A program made the position numbers and the translations under genes. This document shows, one piece after another, positions 1 through 10,998 of a stretch of 64,000 bases of DNA (the stretch's first letter is position 1; every line of letters starts with the position of its first letter). Where the stretch lies: the NCBI GenBank assembly GCA_965112155.1, contig OZ218099.1; one strand, given 5' to 3'. The notes under the pieces are model-generated. The model saw only the letters and a list, made by a program, of their open reading frames with translations. It was not told where the DNA came from and ran no database searches. The DNA is from Podarcis liolepis (Eukaryota).

Positions 1-427
1 CAGTAAAATTATACATACCCTCCAATATCTGGGGCTGCTCACTTTGCTAGCAGGTGTTAGAAATCTGAAAGCGGAGTTAGTGTTCCACTTCCAGCTTAAA
101 TCAGAGCAGCGGCAATTGGCTTCTGCTAGATCATCCATGTCTTGAAGCATCCTAAGTTGTGACTTAGGGTATCAACAACTTATTTCCTGAGCCTTGGCTT
201 TCAAAAAATACGGTCCAGAAAGCAAGGGACTGGAAATCGTTTCCAGTTGGGAAACACTGTTCTATGCCAACTCCCGACTGTTTCTGTGACATCTTTCCTG
301 ACATCTCTTGCTGTAAGTTGCCCTTATGTCTACAGCCATGAAACTCGACTCTCTCTCAGTAATATCTTCTTGCCTGAAGCTGTATAATCCCACTTGTGAT
401 TCTTCTCCTCCTTTGCCTGTCTTCTAG

Positions 428-540
428 GTCCAGGCTTGGCATTCGTGGTGTACCCACAAGCCATGACAATGCTTCCTCTTTCTCCTTTCTGGTCTTTCCT
501 TTTTTTCTTCATGCTGTTGACTCTTGGCCTGGACAGTCAG
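428..540 (+). CDS. SLC6A7: SLC6A7 (Na+/Cl- dependent proline transporter PROT) internal coding exon, (G)[37 protein letters not shown]
   Basis: ttctag| acceptor at 427 and |gtaaga donor at 541; 113 bp; classic SLC6 GPGLAF..YP and LGLDSQ motifs. Confidence 0.96.
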
Positions 541-646
541 GTAAGAGTGTACTCTGCTGTGAGGAAGGACTTGAACTATATGGCCTCAAGCGAATGGTGC
601 TTATGGCTTACAGTACAAGAGAGCATCTGTTATTATCTGTGTGCAG

Positions 647-778
647 TTTGCCTTTCTAGAGACCATTGTTACTGCGGTGACAGATGAGTTCCCATATTAC
701 CTGCGGCCAAAGAAGGCTTTTTTCTCAGGCGTCGTTTGTATTGTGATGTTCCTGATGGGGCTCATCCTCACAACAGAG
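647..778 (+). CDS. SLC6A7: SLC6A7 coding exon, [44 protein letters not shown]
   Basis: gtgcag| ... |gtaagc; 132 bp; phase 0 joins the previous exon. Confidence 0.96.
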
Positions 779-1298
779 GTAAGCAAAATGGACAGTCAAA
801 GACTGCAGCCGCCAGACCTTTCCGTTGATCATTTAAGTTGAGGATTTACAGGGGCAATTGATGTGTTCTCCCTCTTTCCTCTCTCTGTGCCCTCCCTAAA
901 TGTTCTAGGGGTTCCCCAAACCCTCTGGAGCAGATTTGGGGAGGGCATAGGGACACACAAGGAAACAAGAGGGGGATGTCCTGTTGTGCAATCAGAAATC
1001 TTTGTGCTGAAGGGACTCAGTAGAATTCCACCTGTAATTTGAGCTGTGATTCAGAAAGCTAATCATAGTGTTTTCTGTGCCCTGATAGAATGAGCCCATG
1101 AAATTCCTAGAGTGACTTTTTTGGTATGAGACACCCCCCCACCCCCACCCCCGCCCATTCATACTTCCTAAATATTCAGGTTATTAAAATGCTGGTGCTG
1201 GCCTGTAGAACTGGATGTATTGACACAAGTAAGCTCACTGAGTTGACAAGCCCACGTCTTGATAGAGGCTTAGACCATTCACTGCTTCTTCTCCCTAG

Positions 1299-1398
1299 GG
1301 CGGGATGTATTGGCTGGTGCTGCTGGATGACTATAGTGCTGGATTTGGACTCATGGTAGTGGTCATTACCACCTGCTTGGTGGTGACACGTGTCTATG
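1299..1398 (+). CDS. SLC6A7: SLC6A7 coding exon, GGMYWLVLLDDYSAGFGLMVVVITTCLVVTRVY(G)
   Basis: ccctag| ... |gtaaga; 100 bp; GGMYW..LLDDYS is characteristic of PROT TM10. Confidence 0.96.
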
Positions 1399-1960
1399 GT
1401 AAGACCAGATACACTGATAGTGTAGACATTCAATTCTGAATTGCTGAGTATGTGTTGAGATTTTTAAAGTGACATTGGTAAATACAAAGAGATATATGCT
1501 GGCTTGTGTGGGGTAAGTAAGACTGCCAATAAGCTATGCAACATCTCAAGATGCATGTGGCAGTGGGTAAAATAATAACTTAGAATTGTACCAGGAGGTG
1601 GTGGTGGTTGTTACTACAACTAAAAGTCTCAAAACCACTAATATATAATAAATGCAAAAAATACAGTACATATAAATAAGTTTTAACATTTAACATATTG
1701 TTTGTTTTGTGGGTAAGTCACACATCTTTATGTACTATTAAAAATTGCTTCTCTGGAAGTCAGTTGAACTGTGTTCGATGGAGTATACTCCCGGATAGCC
1801 TCAGAGAGCCATCCTTTGCATTATTACTTGGGGCCAAGCCACATTAACCATAGTGGGGCTTACTTCTGAGTGAACTTGCATAGGGTTGTGGCGTTAATGA
1901 TTTAGTGGAAAAGAGCTGATTTAACATCCCATTTCTTACACATCATTTTGTTCTCTGCAG

Positions 1961-2061
1961 GCATGAAGAGATTCTGTCGTGACATTCATATGATGCTGGG
2001 TTTCAAGCCAGGGATATACTTCAAAGCCTGTTGGTTGTTCCTGTCTCCAGTGACAATGATG
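1961..2061 (+). CDS. SLC6A7: SLC6A7 coding exon, (G)MKRFCRDIHMMLGFKPGIYFKACWLFLSPVTMM
   Basis: ctgcag| ... |gtaaat; 101 bp; phase-1 entry matches the previous exon; not in the ORF track. Confidence 0.96.
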
Positions 2062-2574
2062 GTAAATATGCTCCAATATCCACAGCTGGACAATACCCTC
2101 ATCAAAACCATCTAAAATGTCACAAGAGAGTGGGAAGCTTCTCAAATGGAAACTACAGACTGATTAAAGGCTTGACCTGTGCCTAGAAAGAACACATCCA
2201 AATGGTTTTCTGCTTGTCCTGCACGTTCTAGGCATGGGTCTGATCACTTTTGTATTTGCCCCGCTGCTATGTGGAACAAATAGTGCTAGTGCTATGTGGA
2301 ACAAATAGCAATCTGCAGAAAATCCAATTGCCATTTGTTCTGATTCAGCGCTGCAGATTTTGGCGGAGGTATGGATAAACCTTCAGTCTCTGCCAGGTGG
2401 TGGTTTTGAATCATTTCCCCCAGCTCATCTCATTCTCCCCTGGTCTGTTAGCAGGGTCTTGTCCTACACCTCCTGAGATTAAAAGTTCATCTGTAGGACA
2501 GCACTCCCTACAGCTGACTCAAAATGGAAGGGGAAATGCCTCGTGCAATTCTATGATGACACTCTTTGTTTCAG

Positions 2575-2745
2575 GCTCTGCTGGTGTACAGCATCATCAA
2601 GTATGAACCATCAGAGTATAATGGATCCTATCGTTTTCCATTTTGGGCTGAGATTCTGGGCATCCTGATGGGAATCATCTCCTGCCTGATGATCCCCACG
2701 GGGATGGTTTTTGCTGTGCTCCATGAGGAAGGAACACTCTGGCAG
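2575..2745 (+). CDS. SLC6A7: SLC6A7 coding exon, ALLVYSIIKYEPSEYNGSYRFPFWAEILGILMGIISCLMIPTGMVFAVLHEEGTLWQ
   Basis: tttcag| ... |gtaagc; 171 bp; TM11-EL6-TM12. Confidence 0.96.
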
Positions 2746-2780
2746 GTAAGCAGCTTCTGGGGTCATTTTCTTTGTTTTCT

Positions 2781-2893
2781 CATACCCTCCAACATTTCTC
2801 TGATGAAAACAGGGATGTCCTAAGGAAAAGCGGGATCAAATCAGAAACCAGGACAGTTTCTGTAAATCCAGGACTGTCCCTGGAAAATAGGGA
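2781..2893. mobile_element. hAT-like DNA transposon/MITE fragment
   Basis: Begins CATACCCTCCAAC (also seen at 14-25); internal GGGAC/GTCCC-type subterminal motifs; truncated by the adjacent L2. Confidence 0.45.
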
Positions 2894-3248
2894 TAATAAT
2901 AATATTATAATAAATTATTATTTATACCCCACCCATCTGGCAGGTTTTCCCCAGCCACTCTGGGCGGCTTTCAACAGAATATTAAAATACAATAGTCTAT
3001 TAAACATTAAAAGCTTCCCTAAACAGGGCTGCGTTCAGATGTCTTCTAAAAGTCTGGTAGTTGTTGCTCTCTGTTCTCTTTGACATCTGATGGGAGGGCA
3101 TTCCACAGGGTGGGCACCACTACCGAGAAGGCCCTCTGCCTGGTTCCCTGTAACTTGGCTTTTTGCAGTGAGGGAACCGCCAGAAGGCCCTTGGCGCTGG
3201 ACCTCAGTGTCCAGGTAGAACAATGGGGGTGGAGACGCTCCTTCAGGG
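2894..3248 (-). mobile_element. L2-clade LINE 3' fragment
   Basis: Minus-strand ORF2 C-terminal remnant LKERL..TLRSS..RAFSVVVPTLWNALP plus a (TTA)n-type tail. Confidence 0.8.
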
Positions 3249-3664
3249 GCACTTGGAGAGTCTGTTTTCTCATGGGATCTTTGTTTTTGCACCTTTTAGG
3301 TCTACTTTATATGACCATTGTGGCTACAAGCAGAAGATTGGAAGCTTTCTCTTTTGTTTTAACTAGCCTCAGTTTAATGCTTTGTCTAAACAGATTTGGT
3401 CATACCATTAGGTACAATGAATGAGACTGCCATCATTCCCTTCTGCTAGAGGACAACTGGTTGTCAATTTCATTTTATTTAGCCATTTAAAAAGAATGTG
3501 TGGAGAAAGCAAAGGAACTTTCCTTGCCACCCAATCTTAAAAAAACTGACTTTCCAGAGATACTCTAAATACCAATACCCCCACCCACTTTCTATCTTCA
3601 TTTGAATTTCTTCCTTTAAATAGCTTTTAATAATGTCAAGTTTCTATATTGCTGGGACAGACGT

Positions 3665-3694
3665 TGCCATCTAGTGGTGTTTATGTGCATTGCA
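3665..3694 (-). promoter_or_regulatory. Candidate CTCF site in the last SLC6A7 intron
   Basis: Minus strand TGCAATGCAC-N7-CCACTAGATGGCA: core motif plus upstream motif at the usual spacing. Confidence 0.5.
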
Positions 3695-4156
3695 TAAACT
3701 TGAAATATTTTCAAACATAGAATCAATATGAAGATCTGTAGAAAAATAGCAGAGCCTTGCACTTCTGCTTTGCAGAAAAGAACATGATATTGTTGCTAAT
3801 CTCAGACTATGTTGCATATTTGCTGTGCATTGCTGAACAGTCAGGGCACCCTGTGAAATTAACAGAACTGTCTGCTTCCACAGGTGCTGATAACTTCTTT
3901 GGAGTTAAAAAGTTAACACTAATAGTGAACAAAGACCAGTGCTCTGTGTTCATCAACCTTACTGGCTGTGCAAACACTAACCACTGTTTGGGTTTACTTC
4001 ATTGGCAGTGCCTTGGGAGCTTTGGAGATGTTCTTCCATGCTCTTTCACAGAAATGCTTCGGGCAGTATCAAAGCAATTTTGGACTCCCAAAGATGGACG
4101 TTCTTTTGGATGTCCATCACGGTACCTCCTGTAATTGTTTGTCCTTCTACTTGCAG

Positions 4157-4369
4157 AGAATCCAGCAAGCTAGCAGGCCAACCATGGACTGGGGTCCTTC
4201 CCTGGAGGAGAACAGAACTGGCATGTATGTGGCTACTCTGGCAGGCAGCCAGTCACCTAAACCTTTGATGGTCCATATGAGGAAATATGGAGGGATAACC
4301 AGCTACGAGAATATAGCCTTTCAGGTAGATAAAGAGATTGAAGAGGATGAAGAAGAGTCCATGATGTGA
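4157..4369 (+). CDS. SLC6A7: SLC6A7 terminal coding exon, RIQQASRPTMDWGPSLEENRTGMYVATLAGSQSPKPLMVHMRKYGGITSYENIAFQVDKEIEEDEEESMM*
   Basis: ttgcag| acceptor at 4156; TGA at 4367-4369; the cytoplasmic tail ending EEESMM matches PROT as recalled. Confidence 0.97.
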   Translation, partial: RIQQASRPTMDWGPSLEENRTGMYVATLAGSQSPKPLMVHMRKYGGITSYENIAFQVDKEIEEDEEESMM

Positions 4370-5052
4370 ATGAAGTGGCAGCCTCCCAGCTCACCACCCA
4401 TGTGGGGGAAGGTGGAGGGAACGCAAGGAAACAGACAACTGAACTTTTGCACAAAGTTGCACTTTGGCACTTCCAGATGCATTTAGCATCTCATAGCAGT
4501 GAACTCAGCATAACTCTGCTGAGAATCCCAGTGTTGTTGAGGTTTCTGTTCGATGTGGAGAGGTGTGCAATGAATCTGTGTCTTGCTGCTCTAATGTCTA
4601 GGACAGGTCACTTGGATCCACTCATGTTTTCCCTTCCTCACCGAAGCAGTGATGAATTCCTCAGGGTCAGGGCCTAGCATCCCATAAACTATCTTCTTCC
4701 TATCTAATCTATCTCCCCACCCCCTTGATAGTCACCTAGCTATTCATTTGCAGTTTTTAGCCTACATATTTTCACTCAGAATAGCTCTCCCAAAGCTGCC
4801 GCTACGTTCTGTGGCCTAACAACTAAGTCAAGGATGGGGGACCCCTCAAGCCTGGGGATCAAATGTGGCCCTCCAGGTCTCTCTATCTGGCCCTTGAGGC
4901 ACTCATTGGGCCACACCCCTCTTTAGCCCTGCTTTGCACTTTGAAAATGCTTCTTGCTTGCCACTTGCCAGGGTAGAGGACAGGGAGAGATGTGTGAGCA
5001 TGTGTAGAAATCATCCTACATGTAAACACAATTTGTATAATCATTGGAATGT

Positions 5053-5142
5053 AGGGTTGTATCCAATGCAGAGTAAACCCATTGAAGTTAATGGGCATTG
5101 CTAGCTTAGATCCATTCATTTAAACTTAGCTGGATAAAACCC
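5053..5142. mobile_element. Short palindromic MITE
   Basis: TIR GGGTTGTATCCA ... TGGATAAAACCC. Confidence 0.5.
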
Positions 5143-5665
5143 ATCCACTGCCTGAAGTGCAGAGTGGAGGGGCAGACATGCAAACCTTCTACTATGTCAG
5201 ACAGTTTGTCCATCTCATTCATATAAAGCATGTTCTTTACCACTGAGTTACAGACACCTCCTCTCCTTTTGAGGAGGAGCTATCACATACACTGGACTTT
5301 GTTTTGTATGGCCATATGTGCCCTAATGCCACACACTACCTAAAATACGTAGTGGAGGGGCACACATGCAAACATGATAGGTGGGTGAGTTGCTGAAATG
5401 GCCCAAAGTGCAGTTTGCTCTTCAGATTTCAAAATGTATTGGGTTGGCAATTTTGCTTGTGAGGCTTAAATTGCAGTTTTATGCTTGAATCAGTGTCTAA
5501 TGGGAATGTAAAAAACAAACAAACAAGCCTACAAGAATGACTAGAATGTGCATTCTATATAGCTTCTGAATTCTATCCCCTCACACCACTCAAATGTTGC
5601 ATAAGTAGCAGGAGGGAGGATTTATGTGCACTTTGGGTCCTATGCATGAAAACAGCCTCCTATAG

Positions 5666-5977
5666 CAGGGGTTGGCAACCTAAGGCCCATGGGCCGGATG
5701 CGGCCCAATCACATTCTCTATCTGGCCCACGGACGGTCCGGGAATCAGCGTGTTTTTACATGAGTAGAATGTGTCCTTTTATTTAAAATGCATTTCTGGG
5801 TTATTTGTGGGGCCTGCCCGGTGTTTCTACATGAGTAGAATGTGTGCTTTTATTTAAAACGCATCTCTGGGTTATTTGTGGGGCATAGGAATTTGTTCAT
5901 TCCCCCCCCCCAAAAAAAATAATATAGTCCGACCCACGGTGGACCGACCCACTGCTGAAAAAGGTTGCTGACCCCTG
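5666..5977. mobile_element. hAT-Charlie-type non-autonomous element
   Basis: TIRs CAGGGGTTGGCAACCT / AGGTTGCTGACCCCTG; degenerate 8-bp TSD tcctatag/ttctgtag; internal ~71-bp tandem duplication. Confidence 0.85.
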
Positions 5978-6049
5978 TTCTGTAGCAACCACCAAAGAGA
6001 GAGAGGAAACACAAGATCTGAGGGGGGGGGGAGTTACAGCTGAGAAGGA

Positions 6050-6449
6050 AGCCAAGCTGAGGGAGGAGTTAGCAACCAGCAGCAGCTCAGTGCAGATCCT
6101 GGGAGCTCGCAAACAGACCTTTCAAGCAGGGGTGTTTGCCAGGGCGTTTAGCAGGGGAGGCCCGGAGTTCTGTCTCTTGGTGTGCACAGAACCAGAAACA
6201 TGGAGAGTGAGGCAGCTGCTGCAGTGACCTGTAACACCTGTGCCATGTTTGCCATTCTGCTAGAGAATAAGCAACAGTACACTTGTAGCAAGTGCAAGCT
6301 GGCTGTCTTGCTGGAAGAGAAGGTGCTTGAGGCCCACCTAGCCACCCCTCAAGCAACAGGACAGCTTCAGCTGAGATTCCTGCATTGCAGGGTTTCGGAC
6401 TAGATGACCCTTGGAGTCCCTTCCAACTCTAAGATTCTATGATTCTAAG
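6050..6449 (+). mobile_element. CR1 LINE remnant: 5' UTR and ORF1 zinc-finger start joined to the 3' tail
   Basis: ATG at 6200 gives MESEAAAAVTCNTC..YTCSKCK (CxxC-CxxC); 6365-6449 is the CR1 terminus ..CCCTTCCAACTCTAAGATTCTATGATTCTAAG; 5' boundary approximate. Confidence 0.75.
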
Positions 6450-7980
6450 AGGCAAACTTGGTTCTGTTAGCACTGCCACTTCTTTATATAAAGGTTCACA
6501 GTATTTCAAGGCAGCCTCTTTCCTGAAGTGTGTGTTACAGTAAAACCAGGAAAGATCAAATCTGACATTCTAAGTCCTATTTTTCAAAACTGTATGAAAT
6601 GCTGCTATTTTACAAAACAATGCAAATCACAATATCTATTCTTTCATCCTCTAAAGAGAAACAACAGGTAGGAGCAATTTTCTACCTCCAGCTTTGGGGA
6701 GAGCTTTAGTGAAGGAAGATCAAGAAAGGACTTTGGTGTGAGGCCATTACCTATCTGGCTCGCTGTCAGCAAAAGTACAGACTGGAGGCTTGTTGTATTG
6801 TGTGGGACCTGTGAATAGACTGGGTTTTCTACAGTACCTCTAATACATTATGAGGGAAAAGGTACCTGGGAGTTTTTCCCTTACATGGCTTGATTTTCTA
6901 ACAGTTGGCCTTTTTCTGTTCCTTCTTAAACCAATATGCATTGGGAAATGGGCTATTTGTAGAAGCGCAATGCAGTTCCCATTTCCTGGCACAGATACAC
7001 GCTGTTCTTCTGTGTGACTGTCTGCATTCTTTTCTCTAGTGGCCTCTGTAGTTATAGGTCGGGGGAGGGGAGGCAGTCCATTAGTGAGCAATATTTTAAG
7101 ATTTTGCTAAAAATAATTGGCAGAAAAAGAGGGAAAGAAATCTCTCTCGCCTCTAGCCTGGCATATAAATGTGCTGTCTGTAGTCTGGCTCCAGATGATT
7201 TTCTGGGACTGATTGTCCACACAGGCTTTTCTTCCTGAGTTGGCCAGCAAATGTGTGCATCTATGTATGGGTGTTCCAAATCCCAATGAAAACCCTTGGA
7301 GAATCCAGGCTTCAGAAAACTTTTATATACAATCTACAAAGCCTCTTTTGGGTGTTGAGAAGTCCCTGTTTCCTTACAAAGCAAACAGATGAATGGACAA
7401 ATAACTCTGATCAGGCATTTCTAAAATTCTAAAATTCAATAGGTTCCTGACCTGATCTCTGTGTTAAGTGCACATGTGAGTCTGTGTGTCAGAATCTTCT
7501 TCTTTTCATGTAATTATGGACAGCACAGGCCACTCCCCCTTTAAAGAGCAGTTCTAATGCTCAGCCACAGTGGCCAGCATTTACAATGTATTCCAGCTAC
7601 TGATATGTGTTCTTGAGTGAGCGTGGGTGTGTACTATTTGACATTAAAATAAGGAAGAACCAGTCTGCTCAAGTGTCATGTGTCTGTGGAACACTAGTCT
7701 TGAGGAGTGATGGTAATATGCATATGAATTATTGCCATGTATCTTTTAAAGTCTGTGTTTTTATTTGTTTATTGAATTTATATACTGCCCTATACCTGCA
7801 GGTCTCAGGGCAGTTCACAGAAGAAAACCACAAAATACATAATCAAAATAAAAACAGCAACAACGCAATAACCCTGCCCCCACCCCATAAGAGTCCTGAA
7901 GGATCAGGCCAAAGGCCTATCTTGCCCAAAATCCTGTCTCCCACAATAGTCAAGTAGATACCTATGAGAAGTACACAAGC

Positions 7981-8128
7981 TTTAAAGCACATTCTTTCCC
8001 TCAAGGAATTCTGGCTCTCTAGCTTGTTAAGAGTTGCTGGAGATTGTAACTCTGTAGGGAGTAAACTACAGAGCCCAGAATTCTTTGAGGGGAAGAATAT
8101 GCTTTAAGCGTATTGTGTGTATACAGCC
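7981..8128. mobile_element. Palindromic MITE (Harbinger-like)
   Basis: ~40-bp inverted arms AAAGCACATTCTTTCCCTCAAGGAATTCTGG / CCAGAATTCTTTGAGGGGAAGAATATGCTTT; related copy at 29309-29509. Confidence 0.6.
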
Positions 8129-9209
8129 TTCAAGGAGCTTTAAGCCTCTGTAGATGTGCGTTTAAATTCATAGACAGGTAACTGTGTTAATCTGTGTTTA
8201 TTTTATTTATAAAAAAACATATAAAGCAAAAATTCATTAAAATTCATTAAAATCAAAGCAGTGTGCAACAGCCACACCCACACCATGTAAAAACCAAAAT
8301 CACAGATCACAGCTTTGACAAAGAATTGATGCAAAAACAACAAAGGGGTATTTTAAAGGCTGCTAGCATATTTCTTATGCCACAAGCTCTCATGAACTAG
8401 CCTAGAGTCTACTTCATTAGGTCCATGTCAAATGTAATCCTCAGTTGCATGTATATATAAAGAGGAGTGAGTGGGGATTCTGAGCAGTGGGGTCAAGTGG
8501 AAATTAAATGCAAAAATTGCAGCCAAAGACAATTCAATAGAGCATTGCTACACTGACAGTGTACACACCTGTGAACTGAACAAGGCACCCACTCATTCTA
8601 GCCATCCCTGCATGCATGGGAAGGCTTCCTTACCCAGTTCCCCTTTCCATGACCATGAATATCTGTGTGGCGTGACTATTTTGTTCACTGCTTTTTGCAG
8701 TCTCTGGTGAAATAGATGAGCTAAAGGAAAGCCCTGATGGTGTAAGGACTCTAGCGCAACCAGATGTCCCGGTTTCATGAAGCACTTACCCTTGAGCAGG
8801 CGCTCACACACAGGGCTTTCTTTGCAGACAGCCACAAACAACTCGTGTTTTAAAGGAAGAAGATGCAACATAAGGGAGTGGGGCTAAAAGTGCAGCACCA
8901 CTCTGTGAGGGCACTACACATCAGCTAATATGAAAACAGACCACTGAAAGTCACTGAGAAAGCATCTGTCCACTACTCATATACAGTATTTATCAAGTGT
9001 CAACAATAGGAAGGAAGTGGCATGGGTTAACTAGGCCCTTAAAAACAACAACCACCTGAGACACCCCTCTAAGCATAGTTTTAGACACACTCTTTGAGAA
9101 CCTCATAGTGTGGACTCACTGTCCAGCCAAGCTCATAGTACTGCACCCATTGTTGTTTTCTCCCAGCTCTCAGGTCTGATTCCCGCCCACCCACCCACAG
9201 GTTGCTCTC

Positions 9210-9348
9210 TTAGAATGGTAAAGTTGGAAGTGACCAGGAGGGCCATCTAGTCCAACCCCCTGCAATGCAGGAAACTTTATCCCAATGTGGGACTCGAACC
9301 CACCACCCTGAGATAAAGAGTCTCATGCTCTACCAACAGAGCTATCCC
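9210..9348 (-). mobile_element. tRNA-Lys-derived SINE with CR1 tail (Squam2 / P.s.1-like)
   Basis: Minus strand GGGATAGCTCTGTTGGTAGAGCATGAGACTCTT..GGGTTCGAGTCCCAC (A/B boxes) followed by a CR1 3' end. Confidence 0.75.
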
Positions 9349-10810
9349 ATACTACAGGATTTCTAACTATCAGCTGGCTGGATGAATGCCACTTGGAAAT
9401 CATGATGTCTGAGGTGACAAGAAGTGAAATAAAAACTATATCTATGGATATTTCTGTGATGGCTCACGGGTTGTCTCTGAATATTATAGTCATCAAGTGA
9501 TGATGAAGATGCATATGTGAAACAGTTCTTAGAAGAGTGATGGACAACCCCTGCCCCTCATGCCCAGTGTTGTTGAAGTACGGCTCCCATCATCCCTGAG
9601 GATGGGATTTATAGCCCAACAACAGGAAGTGCCACATGGTTCTCCACTCCCTGCCTTAGAGTCACCTGAACACAGATAGCAGGGTTGCAATCAATTATTT
9701 CCAATTATCCCAAGTATGCCAGGAATAGTAATGGCTGAAATTGAAAGCACAGCTGCTGTTTTTTTCTCAATGATACTTGAGCTAGTAGGTTAGAAATTCA
9801 GGAATTAACCACTGAGATATTTATGAGAAAGAGAGATTCTATTATTAGAGTCCAAACAATGTAGAATTCAGCATTTAAAATAGGATCCCTCAAGATTTGT
9901 GACTACAGAGCGAAGTTGGAGAGTGCCTTAAAAATAAATAAGAGCCTGGGGGGGGGACACAAATTTTCTCATCAGGTCATTGAACTGTAGCCAATTTCTC
10001 TCCTCCTCATTTATCTGGAAGGGAAGCATCAGAGGCTGGGAAGCTTTGAAATGCTAGTTTTGAGGTGCACGGCAATTTGAATGTTGATGGTATCAGGCCC
10101 TCATACATACATGCATACATACATTGCAGAATATTCCTTCCCTCTTTCGTTCTCCTCCCACCTTGAGGCAAGCGTTCTGAGGGGGTTACCAGAGATTTAT
10201 GTGTAAATTATCTGGGGATGGAGATTCACAGCCCAAATTCATTCAGATGGCTTCCCCCACCCCACCCCTCCCTGTTCACAGGGATGCAAAAGTGTGTCCT
10301 TCGATTCTCTCTTTGCCTCAGGAAGTTGAAATCATAGACAAGCCACCACAGCGAAATCTAAGGAAAGGAATCAGCCTGCCATGTGAATTATTTAAATGGA
10401 CTTCAGGGATGGGGATAAAGCGTAAGGTGACAGTTCAGAAGAGCAACATCCTGTTTACATACCTCCTTTGTAGAAAAGATGTTGGATTCTCTAACGTGTA
10501 ATAAAATGGAGCTGCATGTTAAAATTAAGATCCTGGATTGAGTTAAGCCCAACACTTCTCATTTTAAAGGAGAGACTGAATAAAGGACAGGAATTTTCCC
10601 TTTTATTTCTCTACTTACATGCCGATTTACAAACGTCAGGAGAGTGTCCATTTTGCCACATGTACATAAACAACATTCTATATCCAGCTGCACCAAACCA
10701 CATTTCATTTCTGGGTCATGTTTTTAATGCCAAGGTGCAAACATTTTGAATGACAGCAATAAAAAAGGAAGTTTTCCATATATATTCAATGTTTTCTCCT
10801 TGGCATCAAC

Positions 10811-10813
<3 letters not shown>

Positions 10814-10853
<40 letters not shown>
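10814..10853 (+). repeat. (GT)20 microsatellite
   Basis: direct reading. Confidence 0.98.
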
Positions 10854-10859
<6 letters not shown>

Positions 10860-10938
10860 GAGAATGTGTGCTATTCTTATTTATTTCACATTTATATTCC
10901 ACTTGATTGTAATAACACCTCAAAGTGTTTACAAAAAG

Positions 10939-10943
<5 letters not shown>

Positions 10944-10994
<51 letters not shown>
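10944..10994 (+). repeat. (AC)25 microsatellite
   Basis: direct reading. Confidence 0.98.

Positions 10995-10998
<4 letters not shown>

Noticed and set aside
2265-2308. 19-bp direct duplication TGCTATGTGGAACAAATAG
   Set aside because: Ordinary local slippage duplication in an intron
9275-9348. tRNA-Lys-like sequence
   Set aside because: Degenerate stems and direct fusion to a CR1 tail indicate a SINE head, not a functional tRNA gene
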